Position numbers and translations under genes: made by a program. 64,000 nt of DNA, taken from Amoebophrya sp. A120 (Eukaryota; Protista; Dinoflagellata). The notes under the pieces are model-generated. The model did no database searches, had not been told where the DNA came from, and was given only the letters and a program-made list of their open reading frames with translations. Shown here piece after piece: positions 42,501 to 50,620 of this stretch (the stretch's first letter is position 1; every line of letters starts with the position of its first letter). Location of the stretch: contig CAJINV010000015.1 of assembly GCA_905178155.1 (NCBI GenBank), forward strand, positions 124,001-188,000, given 5' to 3'.

Positions 42501-45374
42501 ATAAGAACAAGGCGTGGAATTGGTATTACGCATGACAAATGAGGGGGAATTGTGCAATGTCATACCCGGAAACGTGATTCCAATTCAACATCGGGTTCAT
42601 CAGCATCAAAAAGGTCTGTATGGATTGCAAATAGGTCTGGGTCTGGAAACTTGCAATGCATAGTCGTGAATAGATAATGCTCTGCAATGCACAGCCAAGC
42701 ATGAGAAATAAGTATTTGCACGGCTTGGCCTTGCGTTTTCCGCATCACAACCTGCGTTTATTTTGCGGACACGCATCACAAACTCTTCAGTCATGCCAGA
42801 CAAGCATGACAAACGCTGTATCCTGGTCCAGACCCAGACATATTTGCATTTGGTAATCTGCCTGCGTGGGGTCGACCCGGCGGTTGCCGCGCAACTCTGG
42901 AAAGCGCCGACAATGTCCGTCTTGTGCACTTGCGACTTGTCCTTCACGGCAAATTTCCGGAACTCGGTGTACGCTAAGTGGTCACCACTTGCCTGGTCAG
43001 GAACAGACGCCTTCTTCTTCATCTGGTACAGATACACCACCTGGTTTCGCATACTCCGCGCGGTTTCTTCCTCGTCTGTGTCAGAGGTGTAGTAGGCGTC
43101 TTCCTCCGGCTATCACAGGAAAAAAGTGTTACAGTTACACATTTGTAGTGAATTCAGCAACACAAATTTCTCTGCATGAGAGAGAAAACTTGTAATGCAG
43201 AAATCCTACGGGAAACCACCCATGAAAAGAGGCTCCTATGCATATCCGGCATGACAGAGCTTGTCTGTCTTGCTTGGCCTGCAACACAATGTGTAACTGT
43301 AACACTTTTTTCTTGCGATACCGGCTGGCCCGCGTCGTCCGCGTCCGCCTTGTCGTCTCCATGATCCGAAAAGCTGCTGTCCGTGTCTTTTATTGCGAGG
43401 AAAAATCCCCCCTCCCCATACCAAAGCGGGATACTTCTGAAAATTTGTGATGCTGATTTGAGACGACAAATGGTCTCTGTATTGCAAGAAGGCAAATCCA
43501 AAAACCCCGCCGCGTCCCGCAGGAAATTTGTCATGCTGCGTGGCCTGTATGGAGGATATGCCTGCCTTGCGAGGCGCCTACATCAAAACGCCGCTACTCT
43601 GGCTCTGTATCTGCCTGCAGTCTTCTACTGCAAGACAAAGCCGATTTGTGTACACAAATCCCGCATCACAGATTTCCATTTCGACATGGGGAGGGGAGAG
43701 TTTCCCTTTTGATATCTTTGTGCGAATCACCATCGCCGCCGTCGTGCGTGCTAGCGTCGTCCTCGTTGAGCAGGCCGTCACCCAACTTCTCGTCATCAAT
43801 CGGAATCTCGATCTTTAGCTTGTGAATCTTCTGGTTGGTGACCGCATCGCAAAGCACCATGTTGTCGGCAGAGGACGCAGAGGAGTCCGCGCCACCGGAA
43901 GCGGGAAGAATGTTGTCCATTGCGTTCGGCTGAGTCATTTGCCCCATGTCCAGATTCATCTCCTGATTAGCCAGCTGTTCATGGTAGTCACAGGTGCCCG
44001 AAATCGATCGCAAGGTTACGTGCATGGTCGGCGGGCCGTTTTCGAATTGGCTCGGTTCTACCCTTTCAACGACGACATTTTCCGGGAGAACGACTTCCGG
44101 AGCTCTGCTCGGGCCCTGCGGAGTCGCTGCACTGGAGCCAGCTACGTTCGAGGGTGAAGATGAAGATGCCGGTTTGCTGCTCGGGGCCTGTTTCGGTGAC
44201 ATCGGACGGCGGCTTTGCTGTATAGGATCCTCCTCCTCATCTGAGGACTCATCATCCGCTATCCTGCATAAAAACGTCCCCAACCCATAGTTGTCATGCA
44301 GATTTGCAGTCACAGGAAGATTTGTAATGCGCAACCCCATGAGAGGCATATCCAATCGTGTTCTGGAATTTGTGATGCTGTAAACAGGATAAGCAGATGG
44401 ATTTGTGATGCTGTTGCCCTTGCTAACATGCACTACGCTACGAAGTGTAACTTGTCATGCGTGGCTCCCAAGACTTCTGGATTTGTGATGCCAAGTTCCA
44501 AACTTGACTCTGGGGTGGGGACGTTTTTACATATGATATCCGCGCCCCACTTGATACCGGCAAACGGGTCGTCATCATCCTCTTCGGCTTCCTCGTCGAC
44601 ATAATAGGACGTCCTCGAGTGGCCGCCCGTATTCGAGAAAACATCCTCGTCCGCGTCAACTTATGCGTTGCCAATGTGTCTGGGCCTGGAAACAACTTGT
44701 GACGCAACGAAGGGAATTATATTGAGCACACTGTAATGCGTTCCCCAGGATGACAAGTTTTTCCGTGGTTCAGAGTTGCGCACTCCGCATGACAAATCTC
44801 GCAAGCTCCCAGAACCAGACATATTTGCATCTGATAAAACTTCTTGGATCAGGGGATCGGAGTCGTCCTGCTCCCACGATATCCTGTGCAAAATTATCGT
44901 ACTCGTATTGCAGTCATGCACTACAAATCGTTTTGTTAAGGTAAATCCGCATTACAAATTTCATTTCTCATGCTGAGGTGCGATACTTTTGCAGTTCATA
45001 CACCACGCCTTGTTGCGATTGTTCGTCTCCCGTTCCTCACGGCGGTGCTCTTCCGATTTGCTTGCGTCGCCGGCAGTCGGAAAGAAAATCATCGGCGCAC
45101 CAGTTGTTCCCCGCATCGAAGAGTCCGCTGCAGCGCCTCCGCCTGGACTACGGACTATCTCTTCAACATCATCATCGCTATCAGTGTCCACCTGCATTTT
45201 TTTTGCAGCAACCAGACACAAGTTCGCTCCCCACTCGTGCGCATTTTTATCGAGCATGAACAACCCGGTCGTGATGCTGTTGAGTAGGAAGGCCCAGAGT
45301 GCCAGGGCAGTAACAACCGCGCCCTTGTTCTGCGCGGTCATCCGCGCCAGCTTTGTCGTAGGAAAGAGATCCAT
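18598..45374 (-). CDS. Gene A: ~2998-aa, 49-exon protein with N-terminal hydrophobic segment, acidic tracts and PH-like domains; paralog of gene B
   Basis: ATG 45374 (MDLFPTT...VVTALALWAFLLNSITTGLF), TGA 18598-18600. Inter-element segments sum to 9237 nt; minus 48x5 nt TSD = 8997 nt = 2999 codons. Sampled junctions are in frame, but not every exon was fully translated. PH-like WYFQAGSHAEAQAWVTTLQQR. Confidence 0.85.
18955..19241. mobile_element. Introner, family B
   Basis: TSD ggctg/ggctt. Confidence 0.88.
19609..19874. mobile_element. Introner, family A
   Basis: TSD cagtt/cagtt. Confidence 0.9.
19959..20167. mobile_element. Introner, family G
   Basis: TIR core GAAAAAACTGTTTCACTGT; TSD tggtg/tggtg. 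Confidence 0.9.
20281..20492. mobile_element. Introner, family D (subtype 2)
   Basis: TSD ttttc/ttttc. Confidence 0.88.
20558..20840. mobile_element. Introner, family B
   Basis: TSD aagtc/aagtc. Confidence 0.9.
21095..21405. mobile_element. Introner, family E
   Basis: TSD gatag/gataa. Confidence 0.87.
22081..22332. mobile_element. Introner, family A
   Basis: TIR TATGAAGTGCAAAT; TSD tcacg/tcatg. Confidence 0.88.
22418..22696. mobile_element. Introner, family B
   Basis: TSD ggatt/ggatt. Confidence 0.9.
22883..23177. mobile_element. Introner, family B
   Basis: TSD tgtca/tgtca. Confidence 0.9.
23899..24522 (-). CDS. 207-aa hypothetical protein with Lys/Gly-rich basic tail, downstream of the LINE RT ORF
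   Basis: MQRRVERIEKERC...KKKGGKKGKGKGKGGKKGNGGKQQ*; strong GC3 codon pattern; frame is open upstream to 24816. Confidence 0.75.
   Translation of the reverse strand: MQRRVERIEKERCLMVQFNHPEIRWPRKDNSPNGDFLQNFDKEQKKTFLRLMGTHFQGAQPSAKQMEYQTKDDGTTELKELQDDWTDAQKADFAAKKDAFVDLWRSISDAPELVEYINWKNNNWIQIVFHLGEHHSKVMDLARVVDNNPFRKYFSRSLKLKPMQMGKPKEYDNGGHANGNGNVKKKGGKKGKGKGKGGKKGNGGKQQ
24747..24817. repeat. Three copies of gtgggtRtgtgcgccac in the LINE inter-ORF spacer
   Basis: Seen directly. Confidence 0.8.
24939..28787 (-). CDS. LINE polyprotein: AP-like endonuclease + reverse transcriptase + C-terminal Cys/His zinc-finger motifs
   Basis: Intact 1282-aa ORF. APE motifs GGDFNS, IDYF, TDH. RT motifs NYRAIAV, QRGFR, IDFKKAFPSV, GMKEGGPSSP, LFADD. 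C-terminal CPHC..H..C and CKKC..H..C. Confidence 0.95.
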   Translation of the reverse strand: MLFVVIFLCFLLLQHQRVMGGRRDPTRIRRPHRACNQPVTPGDWVFVLTQNCQRANFRYLEGVDQSAPLQQVQQAEKVRGVFQHIVANKAKVSLLSDVTWSGARGAHLKRYEFTNGQHYVYGGGRVAIVLHKSILFAADGKSLIKPVVKFFGPRIMALFIRGTWFAVGYQPSDTVADFAELDQFLLWREKLLFATGTSSIIFGGDFNSAISQLPRGPEDEEAGAAAAIGSAVLLEPPANPRPGHNNMRFAIDNMLCIPDTFKSIHRRGTWRHPATGRWYEIDYFYTSRQVQFGNVKTIQPKFLTDHRGKRMAVKLGLSQKDKREIRHRVMTITPSPPYEALRRDETAQTAFAAETDANLRKEQQDGSSSLATRWETFTTVVANSATAVVPANQERGAQQYPPWLNVRKFREYKNEKEDLLYSRFLAADANERQQYNRRLRVIEKDYRAAEKLDFEDYIDRIADECQAEYGQCGRIDYARLRRTGVIFEPTAGARVRQAIPFTVEDAKKHFSRLMLRPADVPQGFQEALERNLDQLPESADPMWGIPDEGEVAHCVKQMKDCALGVDQIHIAHIKHLGDDSWDFLVKLVQDCFRTRTIPDAAHLVRMNALHKGKNLNPRLLDNYRAIAVATFLSKLCETILQKRLKHYLERIGFYRETATQRGFRSDCSTADLVMMLQFIADQTRTVVRESILDELVLVLIDFKKAFPSVIRELVYRILRRAGVPSTDVEFLAHLHDKATFYIMVDREPSEEWKATRGMKEGGPSSPDGYGILSEIMYRELARRLNGIKLATTGDFLSKLAAFTDEQNINPAAVRKVVALLFADDATLPTTLREAPMVESTIKDVATTFGQEVHPDKTERLLLQGPHFHYPGPKQKDGTPPVPPGFEEKVKIVGCELSTYHSAGVCLERHLKKARGAWAEWRPILLRARGRINYYKRGSLIKSNVLSHVYYNAAVRLWNERSYQEINVLINKMLRTITGTAIPGMVGVANNYTLRRRFGIQSARTAIERITIDYLGHKLRMGRDEPGEGLEKGNTYRARFPDGRTDHHLIYGRLITISAGAQGNRRMQRRTLAKQWLEVMGRAQLRPDMTRKQWNEAATLYIRKIEEQERLAAYAADGAGNVEKRRDELLAGHGVNAGASEIRLRKNVHEEGELIASHSVISQYQCPHCLVRFPDGGSGFKSHKTKCGKVDYSDVNFDDVVCIRTYAAGRTQLPWGNRWHCKKCGTTGTEGKATSGQGVKCALKLTLHAQTCDPAQKKGRRQDEVLQYLADLQAFDALNPLVN
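28872..29037 (-). ncRNA. Candidate HDV-like self-cleaving ribozyme in LINE 5' UTR
   Basis: Hand-folded nested pseudoknot: P1 UCCUUUU/AAAAGGG, P2 CUCACAUC/GAUGUGAG, P3 ACC/GGU, L3 ACCUCGCG, P4 CGCGCCGUC/GACGGGGCG, J4/2 ACAAAC; J1/2 closed by GGGGG/CCCCC. Confidence 0.6.
29474..29752. mobile_element. Introner, family B
   Basis: AAT...ATA ends; TSD gagca/gagga. Confidence 0.85.
29907..30121. mobile_element. Introner, family G
   Basis: CAT...ATA ends; TSD ccttc/ccttc. Confidence 0.88.
30190..30468. mobile_element. Introner, family B
   Basis: TSD tttgc/tttgc. Confidence 0.92.
30545..30813. mobile_element. Introner, family A
   Basis: TSD acaca/acgca. Confidence 0.88.
31015..31310. mobile_element. 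Introner, family B
   Basis: TSD tcgcg/tcgcg. Confidence 0.88.
31884..32145. mobile_element. Introner, family A
   Basis: Degenerate TSD ggttt/cgtct; either copy encodes K-T. Confidence 0.85.
32189..32440. mobile_element. Introner, family A
   Basis: TSD gatcg/ggtcg. Confidence 0.87.
32552..32815. mobile_element. Introner, family A
   Basis: TSD gggga/tggga. Confidence 0.85.
33091..33328. mobile_element. Introner, family J (singleton)
   Basis: TIR TATGGCATTCTCAACGGTTACAT/ATGTAACGTTTGAGAATCCCATA; TSD ctccc/ctcct. Confidence 0.85.
33516..33779. mobile_element. Introner, family A
   Basis: TSD tgttt/tgtct. Confidence 0.88.
33883..34093. mobile_element. Introner, family D
   Basis: TIR core GAAAAAAGTGTTACAGTTACACATT; TSD ctgcc/ctgcc. 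Confidence 0.92.
34252..34516. mobile_element. Introner, family A
   Basis: TSD aatgc/aacgc. Confidence 0.87.
34568..34884. mobile_element. Introner, family E
   Basis: TSD tcgcg/tcgcg. Confidence 0.9.
35375..35653. mobile_element. Introner, family B
   Basis: TSD tcgat/tcgat. Confidence 0.9.
36258..36402. mobile_element. Introner, family C
   Basis: TSD ctgcc/ctgcc. Confidence 0.9.
36455..36924. mobile_element. Introner, family A, with nested 189-bp insertion (36518-36706)
   Basis: TSD gtttg/gtttc; inner insert flanked by tctgca/tctgca. Confidence 0.85.
36973..37187. mobile_element. Introner, family D
   Basis: TSD cttgt/cttgt; inverted relative to 33883 and 43111 copies. Confidence 0.9.
37576..37894. 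mobile_element. Introner, family E
   Basis: TSD cgccg/cgccg. Confidence 0.88.
37966..38229. mobile_element. Introner, family A
   Basis: TSD gcttg/gcttg; junction KLHFVMPNK|QLAYWW in frame. Confidence 0.9.
38554..38702. mobile_element. Introner, family C
   Basis: TSD ctccg/ctccg; inverted relative to 36258-36402. Confidence 0.9.
38745..38997. mobile_element. Introner, family A
   Basis: TSD gtcgg/gtcgg. Confidence 0.9.
39060..39234. mobile_element. Introner, family F
   Basis: TSD ggcgg/ggcgg. Confidence 0.9.
39311..39469. mobile_element. Introner, family C
   Basis: TSD atcgg/attgg. Confidence 0.87.
39512..39684. mobile_element. Introner, family F
   Basis: TSD tccag/tccag. Confidence 0.9.
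39728..40000. mobile_element. Introner, family A
   Basis: TSD gtctt/gtcgt. Confidence 0.85.
40128..40277. mobile_element. Introner, family C
   Basis: TSD gattc/gattc. Confidence 0.9.
40534..40818. mobile_element. Introner, family B
   Basis: TAT...TTA ends; TSD tcatc/tcatc. Confidence 0.87.
40930..41251. mobile_element. Introner, family E
   Basis: TCT...ATA ends; TSD gctgt/gctgt, with the direct repeat extending to gctgttcttgc. Confidence 0.83.
41320..41575. mobile_element. Introner, family A
   Basis: TSD tccta/tccca. Confidence 0.87.
41777..41997. mobile_element. Introner, family D
   Basis: TSD cgtat/cgtgt. Confidence 0.87.
42058..42266. mobile_element. Introner, family D (subtype 2-like)
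   Basis: TCT...ATA ends; TSD ggagg/ggagg. Confidence 0.85.
42331..42564. mobile_element. Introner, family H (singleton)
   Basis: TATGA...TCATA ends with CCCCTCATTT/AAATGAGGGG; TSD cccgg/cccgg. Confidence 0.85.
42619..42855. mobile_element. Introner, family A
   Basis: TAT...GTA ends; TSD gtctg/atctg. Confidence 0.85.
43111..43320. mobile_element. Introner, family D
   Basis: TSD ccggc/ccggc. Confidence 0.92.
43391..43714. mobile_element. Introner, family E
   Basis: TSD tcttt/tcttt. Confidence 0.88.
44260..44538. mobile_element. Introner, family B
   Basis: TSD tccgc/tccgc. Confidence 0.9.
44662..44836. mobile_element. Introner, family A (short, 175 bp)
   Basis: TSD caact/aaact. Confidence 0.83.
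44880..45000. mobile_element. Introner, family C (internally deleted, 121 bp)
   Basis: TSD cacga/cacca. Confidence 0.85.
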
Positions 45375-46576
45375 TTTGTTATTTTTTGTGGCGTAGCTGT
45401 TTTTCGCGTACGGCTCGTTAAGATAGGTGGAAAGTCAAAATATCGACAGGAAATGTCTTCTCAGTTACGTACTTCAAAAGTACGAGGATATTAGTACTTC
45501 TGCGACCGGAACAAATGTGGAAGTACAAATAGGGGGGTTGTAATGTGATAAGTCACGACCTACATCACAAGAGTTAGTATTGACAAGAGATAACCCTGGT
45601 TGTGATTATTACAACTACCGGTATTTTTCAATGTATCCTCTTTGCTGCCCTGCTTACTTTGGTACAACGGCGTACAAAAATAATCAGTGCGGCAAAAAAT
45701 GTAGAGAGGTGTAAAAATGGAAGCCTCCTCTACTTCGGAGTAAAAGTTGAAAGTGGAAAAATATTTTGGGACATCAAGCTTTTCCATCCTCTAAGTCTAA
45801 AACGCTAGCGGGATACATAGAACTCGCTGAAATTTTCTTCAGTTGTATCGACGAAGGACTTACTGCGCCGACCCAAGAAAGGTTCCTGGAACGACAAAAA
45901 GGTTTTTGAGGGTGGCTGCTGTTGTGTCTTGATTCTATGTGATAGATATACGAACTACAAATGCTGCGTCAACGAACTACAAATGCTGCGTCGACAAAAT
46001 GGGATTGCTTCCGGTAGTGGGAAGGAGAAAAAGAAGCACAATGTATTTGTGCTGAGTAAGTAGGATGTATTGTAAGTCCCAATAGTACAAAATTCTTTGT
46101 GACTACAGGACAACAACACGAGAGAAGCCTGTTGATAGATTGTGCGTTCTTTATCTTTTTTGGCGGGTTCGTTTTACTCTGTAGTTGTCTGCTCCATAGT
46201 TCCAGCTACACTAAAAAAGTAGGCTTCATTTTTTTTGAATGCACCTTCAGCACAAGCTTGCTTTTTTAGGACATGCTCGACGTGGAGGTGCAAAACTATC
46301 AGTTACCGCGAACGTGCTGCTTAGCCCTTTAATACATCGGTACTCCAAAATACTGGACGAGATCTTCTGACGGGGAGGTCACATCTTCTAGAGAGAGGAG
46401 ATCGTCACGCTTCAACAGAATTCAGGTCCGAGTCACCTGTAGTCACCGGTGGAGAAGGATCTTACCGTTACACATCGTTCTATAATAAAGAGATCTTTCG
46501 TGGTCTGTTATTCATACATCTACTGCAGCAAAAAGCAGGAGATAATGTTGACGATGATCATTGTTACGACTGGCAG

Positions 46577-47787
46577 CTTCCTCGTTTCGATAAGTTACAA
46601 CTAAAAGTCAGCATTGTTCCCGTCGCTGCTCCCCCATCAACCGCTCAGGTCCACCCGTCCGACCCATGGCACAGCCACTACATGCAGTATGCCGGTTGGC
46701 CACACGCGTCGTGGACGGCGAACACCCGAATCCAAGCGCAGCTCCCCCATCCCCACCAGGAGGTGTATCCCAGCAGCTGGACAAGTGGACGCTACACGCC
46801 TCCAGAGCTATCAAAACCGACGAACCCACGCGAGACACCGACCCGGGCACCCTCAGGGGGAGGGTGCCCGAACAGGTATTTTTGTAATTCCGTTGCTGCA
46901 ATAGGGTCTTCTAGCATTCCAATGCCGTCTGTCATGTGTCCCGTTGCCTGCCGCTGCTCTTTCACCACCGACCACACAGGTCTTTCGCCGACCACCAGAG
47001 AAAACCCTCCCGTTGCCCCACACCCACGGAGAGCGAGTCCCTCCGGCCCAGACAAACGACATTGACCACGCCCCACCCGAGCTTCGCCACCTCTGGCCCA
47101 ATATACCGGAAGCGGTCGAAGCTCATCACGACTGGATCGGCGCCCGAGACGACCGACTGCACGCTACGGCGGGGCAAAGCGGTACGCACCTCCGCGAGAC
47201 AGGGAAGGGGGCGCCCCTTGGAGGGGCCCCCCCGAACAGGTATAATTCTACTCTTTATCCTTTCGGCGCTGCATGGCATGGAATGCAAGCAACAATACCA
47301 CGCTGGTCCCGGTACTCGTCCCCCACAAAATCCCCAGGTCAACCGACACGACGCGGCCAACGGGTGGACCGGGTGGCTTTGGGACGACCGAGGTGGCAAT
47401 GCGAATCTGGGCACGGAAGGGTGGATTTGAGGATGAAAAAAGTATGCGAAGGTCAGAAATAGATTGTGATTTCAAGAACAGATCGATCAGAGGGAGAAAA
47501 AAATAAAAACCGATGCTGAAACTTAGACGAAGACACTTTTGCTTTTTGAATGGATAAAGATTAAAAATTTATCCTGCTGACAAAGAAAATCTTGAAATCT
47601 AGATTCTCTGCTTTTTCCTTTTCAATATAGAATTGCGCATTACAGAACTCATACAACGCTATTTCAGAGAGCAAGATAGTTAATTGAATTTGCAACACAG
47701 GATGATTATTACAATATCAGATTGCTTACTTTTTTTGAAGAAATAGAAGACTTCCGCGTTTCGATGAGCTACAACTAAAAGTCAGCA
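46577..47787 (+). pseudogene. Degenerate RT-like fragment flanked by 37-bp direct repeats
   Basis: Repeats 46577-46613 and 47751-47787 (34/37 identical). Frameshifted RT-like strings VYPSSWTS, TLRGRVPEQVFL, NDIDH...RETGKGAPLGG. Confidence 0.4.
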
Positions 47788-48169
47788 CCTTTTTGATCCC
47801 AGAGCAGAAGCTTCGTGCTTTAGTTCCACCTTGGTATCATCGTCACTTTGCAGAACTACATGGACCTGCTACTTCTGCGCCTGAGGCTGAGCAGCGGAGA
47901 AGATCTGGCACTATGCCGTGAGTCAGCGCGAATGCCGCACGCTGCGCAGCGCTAACTATCTGGAGACCTCTTCGAGCTAAAGGAACATGGATAGGAAATC
48001 ATGTTGAGGAAAGACCACTACGAGCTGCTGGAACCGTGGACCAAGACCTGAGGTTCTGACACGAAAAATCGGGGATCTGAGTGTTTCAACCGACCTTTAC
48101 AACAATGTAGAAACAAATACATAACGCCGCGTGATTGATAGTCATATCTACAATTTTATCGCAAGACTC

Positions 48170-48580
48170 GCGAATAATTCAATTTTCTGAATAATTCAAA
48201 TTGAATAATTCAATTTCGTGAATAATTCAAATTGAATAACTCAACTTCATGAATAATTCAAATTGAATAATTCAATTTCACATCAAGTCGCAATCTCAAT
48301 CTCAATCTGAATCTTAGATCTTAGCTCACGCTCAAATCTTATTCGAATCGCCAATCTTATTGTCAAATCTTATCTCAATCCCAAATCTTAAGAAATCTTA
48401 AATCTATCTCAGAGTTCTGGAGTCTTCATTTCAAAAGTCATCATCTTAGATTCTAAAAAGCGTCTCAAAGTCATCTAATCTGAATCTTAAAGCGTCTCAT
48501 AATGAATCTTAGATCTTAAAGCTATGATCAAGCGTCTCAAAAGTCATGATCTTAGATCTTAAAGTTATAATCTTAGAACT
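48170..48580. repeat. AT-rich degenerate tandem repeats (gaataattcaa; atcttagatcttaa)
   Basis: Seen directly. Confidence 0.85.
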
Positions 48581-48590
48581 AAAAATTTTT

Positions 48591-49170
48591 CATACAGATT
48601 GGGGCGCAATGTCATCAGATCGAAAGGGCGGGGGGGGCGCGGGGGGGGGGGGCGAGGGCCCCCCGCATGTAGTTCTTCATCTCAAAAATAAAAACTACTC
48701 ATACAGATTGGGGCCCAATAACATCACGTCGAAGGGGCGGGGGGGGCGCGGGGGGGGGGCGAGGGCCCCCCGCATGTGAGTCTTCATCTCAAAAGCCATA
48801 ATCTTGGCTCTTATCGTCTTAGATCTTAAAAGCATTCCCACAGATCGGGGCGCAATGTCAAAAGTCATGATCTTAGATCTTAAAGCTATAATCTTAGATC
48901 TAAAACTTTTCATACAGATTGGGGCGCAATATCATCATATCGAAAGGGCGGGGGGGGCGCGGGGGGGGGCGGGGGCCCCCCGCATGTAAGTCTTCATCCC
49001 AAAAATAAAAACTATTCATACGGATTGGGGCGCAGTGTCATCATATCGAAAGGGCGGGGGGGGGCGCGGGGGGGGGCGAGGGCCCCCCGCATGTAAGTCT
49101 TCATCCCAAAAATAAAAACTACTCATACAGATTGGGGCCCAGTGTCATCATCTCGAAGGGGCGGGGGGGA
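48591..49170. repeat. Five ~105-120-bp G-tract units (catacagattggggc...gggcggggggggcgcggggggggg...ccccccgcatg)
   Basis: Copies start near 48591, 48700, 48911, 49017 and 49124 (last truncated). Confidence 0.9.
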
Positions 49171-49359
49171 GTGACGTAGGGGGTCAATCGGATCCGCGCG
49201 CTCGCGTGTCACTTTCTTAATGAAATCCCTAAGGAAAAAAAGCTTCAGCTGATCGCGGGCACGGAGACATCGCGAGCAGCCGACGGAGACGGAAGGCGGC
49301 AACCGCAGCCACGGACGCTGCACCTGGAAGGCGTGCAACGATGGCGCAGATGGATGCCT

Positions 49360-50620
49360 CCATCAATACCTTCCAGGCATTCTACTAGAAAACCCATGCC
49401 CCGGGTAGCCAGAATAACTGTGCTAAACGCAGCAACTCGGGAAAAAAAAAACAAATTCCCAACACATTTCCACTATCCCAATGAACACCCTCCCGCCACC
49501 CTACTAGAAGATCCTTGCCCCGGGTAGCCTGAAGAGCCGCGCTAAGCACAACAACCCGAGAAGAGCTCCAGCTCTGCCACCCCTTCCCGATAGCTTCCCA
49601 ATACCTACCCAGTATCCTTCTAGGCAAGCCTTTCCCCGGGTAGCCAGAAGAGTTTTGCTAACGCGGGAAGAAACCCCGGAAAACCGAAGAGAAATCAGCT
49701 GCCTTGCGATTCTTGACAGCTGGAAATGCCCCGAGGCATCTCCGCCCGCAAATCTATCCACCTGGCAACACCTTGAGGCGCCTTGACCTGGAATCCCAGC
49801 TAACAATGCGCCGCGGATGCCTTTTCAAACTGTTCCCCGCGCCTGGATTCCAAGCTAGAAATCGAAAGCCGTCTTCTACTAGAAATCCAGCTTCCAACAC
49901 TTTGAAAAGGTCGGGCGGGAAAGCGCTGAAAAAGCCTTCTCGATGCGTTTCCATCTGGATTTCCCTCGAAAAGGCGTTTCCAGCAAGCTGGATTTCCATT
50001 GCCACGGCGTCTCCAGCTGGATACTCATCGAAGAGGCGCCCTCGATGGATTTCCAGCTGGAGGCGCGTTGCTTGCGGATGCCTCTTTAGGTAATGCACTG
50101 CCTCCCTGCTGGATTTCCTCCCGGCTAGAAAAAAACGCGCCTCCATCTGGGTTTCCCGCTAGGAATGCTCTGAAAGAAAAGGCGCCCCCGGCTCCATTTC
50201 ACGCTAGAAATACTCTGCAAAGACGCGGCCGGCTGAATTTCTTCCAGCCGGGGGCGCTTTGGCGATGCCTCTCCCGCTGGATTTCGTTCTGGGAACGCGC
50301 TGGCGATGCCTTTCCGCCTGGATCTCTAGCCGGAAACACGCTGCCGCTGCCTTTCCGGCCGTATTTCCTTTCAGCTAGAAAGGCGCTGGGACGGCATTGC
50401 TAGCTGGATTCCCTGCTGGACACACACCGGGGCGGCGTCGCTAGCTGGCTTTCTAGCTAGAAACGCCCTGAGACGGCGTCGCTAGGTGGGTTTCCAGCTA
50501 GAAATGCACTGCGACGGCGTCGCTTGCTAGATTTCCAACCAGAAACGCACTGCGAAGGCGTCTCTAGCCGCGTTTCCGGCTCGACATGCTTTGAAAACGC
50601 ATCCACTAGGCCGCGGGGGG
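49360..50620. repeat. Degenerate GC-rich repeat array built on tttcc(a)gctagaaa / ctggattt motifs
   Basis: Motif recurs with roughly 40-bp periodicity near 50270-50580. Confidence 0.7.

Noticed and set aside
587-45000. Many short ORFs with recurring peptides (MSGSGR, FQTQT, LPDPDIF, CKNVWVWK, KNVPTPE)
   Set aside because: Translations of introner TIRs, not a protein family
45950-45992. 21-bp tandem duplication
   Set aside because: Isolated slippage-type duplication with no further structure
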